NCBI RefSeq assembly: GCF_036321535.1
Contig: NC_087436.1
Location: 60,080,001-60,144,000 of the forward strand
DNA: 64,000 nucleotides
Direction of reading: 5' to 3'
Origin: Camelus dromedarius
Taxonomy: Eukaryota
The number at the start of each line of letters is the position of its first letter. Within the stretch, counting starts at the first letter, position 1. Made by a program: the position numbers and the translations under genes. A model generated the notes under the pieces. That model had not been told where the DNA came from. It searched no databases and saw only the letters and a list, made by a program, of their open reading frames with translations. This document shows positions 1 to 11,440 of the stretch, piece by piece.

Positions 1-108
1 GATGTGGAGAAAAGGGAACCCTCCTGTTGGTGGGAATGTAAACTGGTGCAGCCACTATGGCAAACAGTATGGAGGTCCCTTAAAAAACTAGATATAGAGT
101 TACTATGC
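1..108 (+). mobile_element. L1 fragment (ORF2 3' region), cut by the window edge
   Basis: gatgtggagaaaagggaaccctc...ggtgggaatgtaaactggtgcagccactatgg is typical L1 sequence. Confidence 0.85.
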
Positions 109-229
109 AATATACTTTAAAATTTGTTAGAATAGAATCCCTTTTAATTATTGTAGTTTTATATGCTTTAACATCTGATTGGACTAGTACCTCCTTACTA
201 TTCTTACTTTTCCAAAGTTTCCTGGCTTA

Positions 230-800
230 TCTTATTTGTTCATTTTCTCCTAAGTGTTATAAATCATCTGTTACAATTCTTTAAAAAACCCAATTGATAT
301 TTATTGAAATGAAATCAATTTATAGATTAACTTGGAGAAATTTAACATCTTTAAGAAACTGATTCTTCTTATCCAGGATTATGGTCTACTGCTATTACAT
401 TTCTTCAAGATTTGTGTGTGGGTATACCACAAACATTTCTAATTTTCTTTAAATCATCTTACATATTTAATGTACAGTTTAAGAATTTTATTATTTTTGG
501 TGCTATTTTCAATGGAGTATTTACTTCCAATTTATCTTCCAAATAGTATTTACTGGAATATAGGAAGGCAATTAAATTATTTCTATTAGTATATTATATT
601 GCCACATTAATTGAATTCTATTTTGTTTTTGTTTTTATTGTTTTTAAATAACTCTCTTCAGTTTTCTCTGTAAAGAATGATATCATTGGTAAATAATGAT
701 AATTTTCCTGCTCCCTTTCAAATACTTATTTCTTTATTTCATCAAATTACATTGGCATGTATCTTCAGAACAATGTTAATAATCATGAGTAAGATTACAT
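230..800 (-). mobile_element. Old, degraded L1 (L1M-type) fragment
   Basis: Antisense L1 ORF2-like motifs (tatagattaacttggagaaatttaacatcttt; cagaacaatgttaataat); boundaries approximate. Confidence 0.55.
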
Positions 801-1254
801 CACTATTTATGTATATGCATATGTATAATATATTGCCTTGTTTCTCTTTGTAATAAGAAACCTCAATTTTTTCCTAAGTATTGCCAGAATTCTAAGAATT
901 CTCTCATGATTCTGTTGTTACCCTCCCGATAGTCTGTAGGGTTAATCTCTCTCTTTTGCCCATGTACGTATTTCAATGCTCAGTTTACTCTCATCTTCTC
1001 TATGAGACTGCTTTATTCCCTTTACCCTGGAGTGATCCCTCTAACGTGTATTATTTGATATATTAACTTATTCATTAATTCAGTATTGACTGATCATCTA
1101 CTATGTGGCATGCCTGAATGTGCCCTGAATGAGGCAATTTTGTTTTAAAACTTGAAATGACATAGTCTCTATCTTCCAGGAGCTAAAAGTACAATAAGAG
1201 AGCAGAACTGTCTGTCTGTGCATCTTTGGAGACAATATGGAGGAGTGTTTATGA

Positions 1255-1468
1255 TTATGGGCTTTGGATTGAGACAGTTTACCATTTTTAATCCTCACCA
1301 TCTATGGGAACTTGAACAAATTACTTAAGCTCGCTAAGCCTCATTTGCCTCATGTGAATGAAGGATGTGCCTCATAATGGTTTTTATGGTTATACATGAT
1401 GATGCTGGAACAGCTCTGAGCATAGGACCAGAACATAGTGAGAGCTCAATGAATGTTAGTTATTGTTA
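1255..1468 (+). mobile_element. MIR SINE
   Basis: MIR core (aacttgaacaaattacttaa...aagcctcatttgcctcat) and 3' end (catagtgagagctcaatgaatgttagttatt). Confidence 0.75.
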
Positions 1469-4400
1469 CAATTAATAGAGTTAAACACTATTAGAGGTTC
1501 ACACAATGTGCCCTAGAAGACAAGGAGTTTTTCAGAAAGCATACAGAAACAGTCTGAAAAGAAAATAAGACTATCTGACAGATAAGTGTAGAGAATTCTA
1601 AAGAAGGAAGTTTTATAAAGGAAGAAAAAGCATAGATGAGGTAATAGGCGTATATAAATAAGAGGATGGCATGCTGAGAAATGAAAGATACTTCAGTAAA
1701 ATTAGAGACCAGTACCAGGAAACAAGCTGGGAAAGTGGACTCTAGAATCATATGCTACAGTTTCCATTCTATTTTTTAAGCAATGACTCACATATGCTTT
1801 TGTTTAACTACTTTACTATTTCATTATTTCTAATATCTTCTGACTACTAAGACTATATGACTAGAAATCTAAAGAGTAGACTTTCTATATTTCACATTTA
1901 CTTTGCCAAATATCTACCTTAGTGCTTTGCATACATTAATATCTGTTGAATGAACAAATGAAAGTATAATATATGATTTAAAAGAATAAAGTTATGCCTA
2001 CTAGATAAGTGATAATCTAAAGCTGGAAAGCAAATACGCTTTCATAATTTAAATTTCACCTTTTCTATTCCCCAATTCAGAGAGACAGCTTTCTGACTCT
2101 TAGGCACACAAGAGGGAATTCTTCATAGCTTGTCCTCAATTTTATGTTAGAAGGAAATTATTATGATTTTATTAAAACTGGAACTTATGCTTTGAAAGTC
2201 ACTACCTCACATGTACTAAACATCAAATATAATATTGGCCATACAGACAAATAAAATTGATTTCTGCTTTCTATAAGCTCAGAGATTAATAGAAAAAAAA
2301 GACATAAAAATCTATATGAATTCATATTCCAGAGAGATAAAATACAGTTGAGAGTTATGATGAATACAGTGGTTTAGAAAGACTTGCCTGTCAGTAATAA
2401 GAACAATAGTTTATGGTGAAAAAAGACCCAGATTAAAAGAACCAGCTAGAGAACTGATGCAATAACCCTATTGTCCCCATAAAGGACATTAAAAAGCTCA
2501 CTCTAATGTACCAATGAAAATTTTTTTAAAAGATGCTAATACTTATCACTGAATATTTTAAAAACTGTATAGTATTTTATCCCAAAATAAAATTAGTTTT
2601 TCCTAGGTTTGCAGCCTGATAAACAAGAAAAAAAGTCCTAGACAAATGTGTACTAATATTAATGCTTTTGCATATTCCAATTATCCTTTTTAAAGATTCC
2701 ATAATGTATTTAATCATGGGTAGAAAAACTAACTAAACAAAAAATTAAGTGATAAACATATTAACAAAAATAAACCCTTTTTTTAAGTCAAAGATCTTTC
2801 AAAAAGATCGGAGCTACAGTATTATGGGAAGAAAAATGCATTCTCTCAAATTACTAGACAACAAAACAGCTTGATAGTCACTTTTGGAAGGCATACAAAC
2901 ATTCCTATAAAATCTGATCTACATTACACAGCAGAATTTTTAGTTTTTTCTTTTTAAAGTAATTATATTGTCTACTATAGTCTGAATTAAAGGCTATTTA
3001 GAAAGAATTTACATGTTTTTTCAGAGTTGCTGATTATTGACATTACCATATTTTATTAATAAGATGGAATATCATTAAGAATAAATATGAAAATTACAAC
3101 AGTTCTTTGTATTTTCATTACCAGGTCAGAGAACAATGTTTTCTAACATAACTTGTACTCATATGCATGCAAGTATCATAATGCATTATTTCTGAGGTAT
3201 GCCACAAACAGGAACACACACACTTACACACATTTTTGACTAATGCTAAATCATGACCATTTTGATACTTTCAAATAAAATTTCATCAAGCACTTAAAAG
3301 CTCTTTTCAGATTTAGACAAATGAAAAATGAAGCATTACTTGATAATGGCAAGCATTCAAAGTTAAAAAGCTTTCCGATTTAGTATTCAAATTAAGTCTT
3401 GATCTTAAGTGAATTACGTTGAGTGTAATCTAAGCCTTCACTGACACTTGACCTATTATTAATATACCACATGATTATATAAAATGCCTCAAAACAAAAT
3501 GAATATAAATATTCATAATTTTACCATCGTGTATAAAGACAAGACATCTACATGGTGATAAGAAATATATAACTGACTAAACCGTATAAAATATGAATTA
3601 AATTTTAGGATTGTTTATACAGTTCTAAATATACTTTAATGATCACATTGAACAGATCACATGCACAGAACATAGTACTTTGGGAGAAGACCCATGAGTT
3701 AAATCTTGAAATATATAGATAGATAAATTATTTGTATGTCAAGAATATTCTAGGCATAAGAATAAGAGAATACAAGGCAAAACAAATTTAATTGGGATTC
3801 AAATAATTTGGCTAGGTATGATTTTCATATATGTGACAATATTGTGATAATATATTATAGCTGATCTGCTAAAAAACTTAAGTATTGAGTCCAGTTTGAA
3901 GGCTATCGCAATTATGGTATATAAGTTGTTATTACTTATTGCATAACCTGAATTCACATAATGATAGTGAGAATGGCGAGAACAGTATGAAGTGCTAATT
4001 AAGAAGCTGTACTAATAAAACTCGATATTTAAAAGGGAATGGGAAAGACTTTGGTATGTGAGCTAAGGGCCTCGAGGATATCGGAGAAGAGAAAAAGTCT
4101 GCAAGATAATGAGAATGATCCATTTTGAACATATGAAAGATGACATTCCTGGGGGCCACCCTGTTAAAGAAACTGATCTGAAAATAAAGATTATATTGTC
4201 ATTAACAAGATTCTTGACAAATGCACTTTCTTTCAAGACTGGGATGAAAGAAATGATGCTGAATGCAATTATATACAGATTTATATGTAGGAAGTAGTAT
4301 GGTACATTAAGTGAGTTTAAATCCCATAATCTCCATTTTCTCCGTGGAAAGAAAGGTAGGCAAAATTTCCTTCTAAAATAGAGGATGGGGTAGAGGTGGC

Positions 4401-6832
4401 CATAATCAATGTCTCAAAGACTTGAAGTGAGATATGGAGAGCAAGATGATAAAAAGACATGTGACATTACAAGGCAGGTGATGATAAGAATAGAACAAGA
4501 GTGGGAATCCTCATATAGGCCATGGTATCAATTCATTCTATTCCCACAAAAGTATTAGATTCCCAGATCATTCCAAGTGTTCGTATCCATTCCCAGCTGA
4601 AAGTTATCTTTCTTGGTCTAAAGAAACTAGAAGATTCATGCGTTCCCTTGGTATACCTCCCCGTTTCACCTCTCATCTTAAATCCAGGGCTTACATAATG
4701 TCTGCATTTAAAAGACCATTTGCTGTGTTACTTTGTTAGAGGGTGTCCAATAATTTCTTCTGGAACTAAAGATAAACCAAATTTTTTAGTACTTCAAGGG
4801 GAGGTGACCCCAAGAATAGATCAGTGCCAGTTAATTATTATTCTACCAAATCCTTAAGATTTTAAAATTATACCTATTAATTGCTACAGAAGTGTTTTAT
4901 TGCCTTATTTATGCATATAAGTATTCCATAGTAAAATATGCTCCCATATATATGAAGTTTCTTTCACATCTATTATTTCTCAGTCTCATTTAATCTTCAT
5001 GATTAGAACAGATTCAGGTCAACTATATTATTCCCAAAGAAAAGAGTGTTTATTAACTTTATTTGGTATAATAATGTCAGGTTGAGCCTAGTAAAAAAAG
5101 AAACTGAAATCAGTGTTTAAACAGCCTAATAGTCATGCTAACAAGTTAAAGATCTTTTTATCCATTGACCATAAAATACAGTGCAATGTAAATGTAAATG
5201 AATAGGCAAAATTAATGTTATAGAAGATTGGCTATCTTATTTGACTTATCTGAACTAGTAAAAACAAATATAGTAGCAAGTATAATATTTGGCATCCTTG
5301 GGAAAATGTAAAAAATAATTTTTAATTCTCTTAATAATTTTATCAAAAGAATATTATACTAGAAATTGCTCCTTGTGGATTTATACACTACAGAAAGTAA
5401 AAAATTCACTTGCTGTGTTATCTATTAGGTATCCTAATCTGATTTATGTATTTTCTAAACTTAGTCAAGTTTGAAGATAAATACAAACAAGAGATATTTT
5501 TCATCCAGGAAGAAGTTAATGAAATCCTTATTAAATCATAGAACTAAATATTTTATCAAGTAATAGTTTCACTGATTTCACTTCAAAGTGCAAGGATAAA
5601 GATGTGTTAAAAATTTATATGTGAGAAAATAGATATTTCAGCTGATCTTTTAAATGTAGTGATTTTCAGAAAAAGCATAAAATTATCAATCCTATGTGAC
5701 AGCAATTGTTCTCAAAATCATATTCTATTTGGAAGTATGTTCAATTTCTCCTGCATTATATTGTAACTCTTTACAGTGAAAACCCATAACTGATATTCAA
5801 GTCTCAAGCACTTTTCAAGTCATATGCTAAAATACGTATTAAAATATATTGCAAATGTATTCAAAACTATTGTTATTAAACATATCCAACAATTTGGCTG
5901 GATTTTCAATGTTCCAGTTTGGTACCTAATTTTAAGATGAACTGAATGTTCATTCTGAGAAATGTCACTGGGCTATATTGTCGATAACTCTTTGAAATAG
6001 ATGAATAACTACAATTAACAAGGAAATTTTAAATTAATGGAAAGTGTACTCTGAATGATATTAGTATTTCCAAGACTTTGTGAATCTTATGGGAATAGTT
6101 AGAAATAAAAAAGAGGAAACCTATTAAATTGCTTGAAATTGCCAGGTTGTAAAGCACGAAAAAGCTGGCATGTTAAATTAATTGAATTACTAAGAGTCCA
6201 AAATTACAAATTATGCAATATGCACCAGAGCTGATTCAACAGCTTTTAATTTTTTTCATTGTTTTACAACTGCTGTAGTTATATTTTTTCTCAATCCATA
6301 AACTATGCCAAAACATCTGATTTCTAAATGTTTTAAGCCACCACAAATTCACAAATGAAATTCAATTTGACAGAAACAATTTAAGTAATAGTGTAGCTTT
6401 TTCTGAGGACTTTTTTTAAAAACATAGGTCTCTCTCATTATACAGGAAATTTACTATGAAAGAACAAAGAAGTCAAATTCCCCATGCTTTCAGTACTTGA
6501 GGACAAATGTAAATCATTGTTTTAGAATAAGCAAATACAGTTGAAGCCTTACAAACATGCATTAATATATATATTTTAATATGAAAAGTCCTTGTACCAC
6601 TTGCAGTAATTCTCCTTTTATGCGGCCAAGAGAGAAATTAATACATAATTCAATGATTTAGAAAATGTCTGTTTTAGCAAGTTCTTAGTGGCATGAAACC
6701 ATCTGAAGTGTTAGAGAAGAAAAGTAGTAGTTGATAGATTTTTTAATTGTCATGGAGGACGAAGTATAAAACAACAAAAGGGTACAGTGAATTAGTAAAT
6801 ATTAATCTCCTCAGTTCTTCATTTCTTCTTCT

Positions 6833-6915
6833 TCCATTCATTTAATATGTATTTCATGCCTTTTACATGTAAGATCTCATTCTAGACCTTGAGGATGTTT
6901 CATTAAAAATAAGGA
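6833..6915 (-). mobile_element. L2 3' end (left part of an interrupted L2)
   Basis: cattcatttaatatgtattt...ttctagaccttgaggatg resembles the antisense L2 terminus. Confidence 0.55.
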
Positions 6916-6924
6916 AATAATAGC

Positions 6925-7013
6925 TTTTTTATCTCCCCTTAATAGAGGCACTGGGGATTAAACCCAGGACCTTGTGCACACCAAGCATACAATCTACCAC
7001 TGGGCTATACCCT
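6925..7013 (-). mobile_element. tRNA-derived SINE, Vic-1-like (camelid)
   Basis: Reverse complement gggtatagcccagtggtagattgtatgcttggtgtgcacaaggtcctgggtttaatccccagtgcctcta has degenerate Pol III A and B boxes and an A tail; similar to the copy at 30544. Confidence 0.8.
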
Positions 7014-8345
7014 AAAAGAAAGTCTCTTTGACAGTGGTGTTGGGAAAGTTGGACAATCACATGTAAATCAATGAAATTAGACCATACACAAAAATAAACT
7101 CAAAATGGTTTAAAGACTTAAACATAAGACAAGATACTATAAACTTCTTAGAAGAGAATATAGGCAAAACATTCTCTGATATAAATCATAGCAATATTCA
7201 CCTAAGGCAATCTACTGAGACAATAGAAATATAAGCCAAAATAAACAAATGGGACCTAATTAAACTTATAAGCTTTTGCATAGCAAAGGAAATCAATCAA
7301 TCAATTGAAAAGACAACTTATGGAATGGGGGAAAATACTTGCAAACAATGCAACTGATGAGTTTAATTTTCAGAATATACAAACAGCTCTTACAATTCAA
7401 TAACAAAAAAACAAGCAACCCAATCAAAAGATGAGCAGAAGACCTAAACAAGCAATTCTCCAATGAAGACATACAAATGGCCAATAGGCATATGAAAAAT
7501 GCTCAATATTGCTAATTATCAGAGAAATGCAAATCAAAACTACAATTAGTATCACTTCATACCAGTCAGAATGGCTATCATTAAAAATTCCACAAACAAT
7601 AAATGCTGGAGAGGGTGTGGAGAAAAGGGCTCCTACATTGTTGGTGGGAATGCAGTCTGGTGCAGCCATTATGGAAACTAGTATGGAGATTCCTTAAAAG
7701 ACTGAAACTAGAATTACCTTGGGATCCAATGATCCTGCTCCTGACCATATATCTGGAGGAAACTCTAATTTGAAAAGATACATGTACCCCAATGTTCAGA
7801 GCAGCACTATATACAAAAGCCAAGGCATGGAAACAACTTAAATGTCCATCAACAGATGACTGGATAAAGAAGGACTACTACTCAGCCATAAAAAGAGTAA
7901 AATAATGCCATTTGCAGCAACATGGATGGACCTAGAGATCATCAGTCTAAGTGAAGTAAAGCCAGAAAGAGAAAGAAAAATACATGTGATATCACTTAAA
8001 TGTGGAATCTTTAAAAAAAAAAAAAAAGAAAGACACAAATGTACCTATTTACAAAATAGAGACAGATTCACAGACATAGAAAACAAACATGGTTACCAGG
8101 GAGAAAGGGCATGGGAAGGGATAAAATGAGAGTCCGAGATTTGCATATACTAACTACTATATATAAAATACATAAACAACAAAGTCCTACTGTATACCAT
8201 TGGGAACTATATTTAAAACCTTGTCAGAGCCTATAATGAAAATGAATACAAAAAGGAATATACATATAATGTATAAATCAGTCACTATGTAGTACACCAG
8301 AAATTAACACAATATTGTCAATCAACTATATTTCAATAAAAAGAG
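7014..8345 (+). mobile_element. 5'-truncated L1 (ORF2 end + 3'UTR)
   Basis: Continuous L1 homology with broken ORF2 pieces ([11 protein letters not shown]..., MPFAATWMDLEIISLSEV); ends tttcaataaa plus A-rich tail. Confidence 0.92.
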
Positions 8346-8350
8346 AGGAA

Positions 8351-8392
8351 AACAAATAAATAAATAAATAATCAATCAATCAATCAATCAAT
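8351..8392 (+). repeat. (AAAT)n-(AATC)n compound microsatellite from an L1 tail
   Basis: aaataaataaataaataatcaatcaatcaatcaatcaatc. Confidence 0.9.
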
Positions 8393-9170
8393 CCACGCCC
8401 TGAAGGGCCTTTTATTCCAATATGGGGTGAAGCCAACAATAAGCAGGTAAATAAATACATAATATGTGAAATATGACAATGATAAGAAGAAAAAAAAGGA
8501 AGATAAAGGGGATGCAGGAGGATAAGGAAAATGTTCTATATAAAATGGTCAAGGGATGACCCAATAGTAAGGTGGTATTTGAGCAGAAAGCCTAAGGAAA
8601 CTATGGAGGACATCATGCAAAAATCTGGAAGAAAGGCACTACAGGCATCTGGAACCAAGAGTGCAAAAAGACTGAGATGAGAAACTGCTTAACACGCTGG
8701 AGACAAACCAGGGAGGATAGAGCAGCTAGCGAAGCGAGCCAAAACTAGAGTAATAGAAGATAATTGTACAGCAAAAGCGAGGAACAGGATCATCAGAGAC
8801 ATTTTGTTCATCACAAGTCCTTTGCTTTTCGCCCAAGGATTGGGAAACCATTGTAAAATGTTAAAAATGAATATAGCACAATATAATTTAGATATTAAAG
8901 GATGACTCTAGTGGCTATGAAGACAATCGACTACAAGTGAATAAGAACAAAAGAGAAGTAGGGAGAAGCGTGGGGAGGCTACTGCAATAATTCAGCCAAG
9001 AAGGTGGGCCAAAAACATGGTAGTGGTATAGATGGTTAAAACAGCTTAGATTCTGAATGTCTTATGACAAAATAAGCAAAAGAGTTTGTGAATGAAAGTT
9101 CTTAGATGCGGAACACAGGCAAAGATGAGCTCAAGATTTTGAGCATGAGCAACAGGAGGAAGGTAAGTAA
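8393..9170 (-). mobile_element. L2 fragment (continues the L2 at ~6833-6915)
   Basis: Purine-rich antisense L2 motifs (gtaaggtggtatttgagcagaaa; gggaggctactgcaataattcag; agattctgaatgtctt). Confidence 0.7.
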
Positions 9171-9923
9171 TAGGATTCACTAATCTGGAGTTTACAGAAG
9201 AGAACTCTTCTTCCTGAAAGGATCATGTTATAGCCTATATAAAAATGTAGACGATTTATTATGAAAAATTACAACCAATTTTATATCTAAAGCACATGTG
9301 TGCACATCAAGTTATTTATTCAACAGACACTGCTTTTACTCAGGATCCTTTGGAGAAACTGAAGTGCCCACCAGGAATGCATGGTTGCATGATCTACAAA
9401 TTAGAAACCACTGCACTATTTTATTTTATTGTTTTATGTGGTTAGACCTGGATTATGGTATGATGAGGATACAATAATATGATATATTCCTCATGTGGAG
9501 TATCTGAACAGCAAAGAACATAGGTATAACAGGAGATAGCTTTTGTTACCATCACTGCCTGATTTAAATCAATACTGCCAGATTTAAATAACATATTCTC
9601 AGTATTTCTTAGGATTTTGGGATACTTACTCTCAGTATTTTTCGTTGAGTAAATGAAAGCATGGAGTCAGAAAGTAGTTAAGTTAAACTCAACAAACATT
9701 CCTTGAATAAATAATGCTTAGGGATTATGCTAGGGATAAAACCAAGAACAAGCTTCAAGTCCTCATAGGGTAATCAGGATGAAATATTTTTAGTTTCTAT
9801 TAAAAGATGGCACATTTTTGTGTTGTGCTTGTTTTTCCTATGTGTGGTATAACAGAATGACAGTAGCTAGAAAGTTGTGGTTTAAAACAAGACACGGATG
9901 TAATTTCAGATTTTTTTTAAAAA

Positions 9924-10599
9924 GTAGAAGGTCATTTAACAATTCTAATTTATCCAATCCAAGAACATGGTATATCTCTCCATCTGTTTGTGTTGCCTTC
10001 AGTTATTTTCATCAGTGTCTTACAGTTTTCTGAGTACAGACCTTTTACCCTCTTTGGTAACTCTATTCCTAAGTATTTAATGTTTTTGATGTGATGGTAA
10101 AGGAAATTGTTTCCTTAATTTCTCTTTCTGATAGCTAGTTGTTAGTGTATAGAAACACAACAAATTTCTGAATATTAATTTTGTATCCTGTAACTTTACC
10201 GAATTCATTGATGAGTTCTTGTAGTTTTTCTGGTGGCATCCTTAGGATTTTCTATGTACAGTATCATGCCATCTGCAAACAGTAAAGTTTTACCTCTTCC
10301 TTTCCAATTTGGGTTCCTTTTATTTCTTTTTATTCTCTGCTGTGGCTAGGGCTTCAAAAACTATGTTGAATAAAAGTGGTGAGAGTGGGCATCCTTGTCT
10401 TGTTCCTGATCTCAGAGAAAATACTTTCAGCTTTTCACCTTGAAGTATGATATTAGCTGTGGATTAAAATGACCTTTCTACCCAAAGCAATCTACAGACT
10501 CAATGCAATCTCTATCAAAATACCAATGGCATTTTCACAGAACTAGAACAAATAATTTTAAAATTTGTATGGAAACCAGAAGACCCTGAATAGCCAAAA
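9924..10599. mobile_element. L1 ORF2 fragment with internal inversion (9924-10462 minus, ~10464-10599 plus)
   Basis: Antisense L1 ORF2 sequence switches abruptly to sense ttaaaatgacctttctacccaaagcaatctacagactcaatgcaatc. Confidence 0.85.
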
Positions 10600-10839
10600 T
10601 AAATGCATAGTCACAAGCTGGGATAAATGTACTGAGAAAAAGGAACAAAGTTCTATAAAAGTCTGTAAGATAGCAATTATAAAGTAAGATGGCACAGTTG
10701 CTAAAACTTGAGGGACAATTTCCTTATAATAGACTATCATGAGAAGGGTATTCTATCCTATTCAGAGTAAATTTAAAAGTTTTAATATTTGAAATAACTT
10801 GAAGAATACTAAGTAATGGTTAATCAGTTAACCTAAATA

Positions 10840-10975
10840 TATTTCCAAATGTCTGTTTCAATTACTAATATAGTAAATAGTAATTGATATAACCCACAAA
10901 ACAAAAGCTCTTCCAGGTCCGCAATAAATTTTAAGAATGTTAGGGGGGTCCTGAAAAATATTAAAATCCACTATA
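10840..10975. mobile_element. hAT-Charlie (Charlie1-like) terminal fragment
   Basis: tataacccacaaaacaaaagctctt...aagaatgttaggggggtcctga resembles a Charlie1 end. Confidence 0.6.
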
Positions 10976-11087
10976 TTAGTACATTTATCAGCTCTTAAAA
11001 TATATATACCTCAATTTCCGCATTTGAAAAATGTGGGTAAGAATAATGTCAAATTTATGGGCTTCTTGTGAAAATTAAGTGAGATAC

Positions 11088-11440
11088 TGTGATGGCTAAA
11101 GTGGAATACCCCCAGATCCTCACATTTGGGACTGACACACGCACTCCCCCAGTAGCTGTGTCTTGGCAACAGCTCTCAACTGAATCCATCTCCAGAACTT
11201 GGCCTCAGCTCTCAGCCCTTGCTACCTTGTCCAAGGTGGGTCACAGCCTCTCTCATGGCACTCTGGATCCACTGGTCAATGTGAAAGTATAGAGAATGCT
11301 TCCCTTGTCTCTATTTTGGACAAATGTGAAGGACCTTTTCAGCTGGAGAGGTCAAGGCAGATCAGTGCAACTTATCTTTCTGCCCAGTCCTGCTTCTGCT
11401 TTCTTTATCCTGCACTCGCCACAGGCATAATCCATGAGGA
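11088..11440 (+). mobile_element. ERVL LTR, LTR16-like (3' end not evident)
   Basis: Starts tgtgatgg; motifs acagctctcaactga, tgtccaagg, ttggacaaatgtgaagg, tctgcccagtcctgcttc. Confidence 0.65.
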
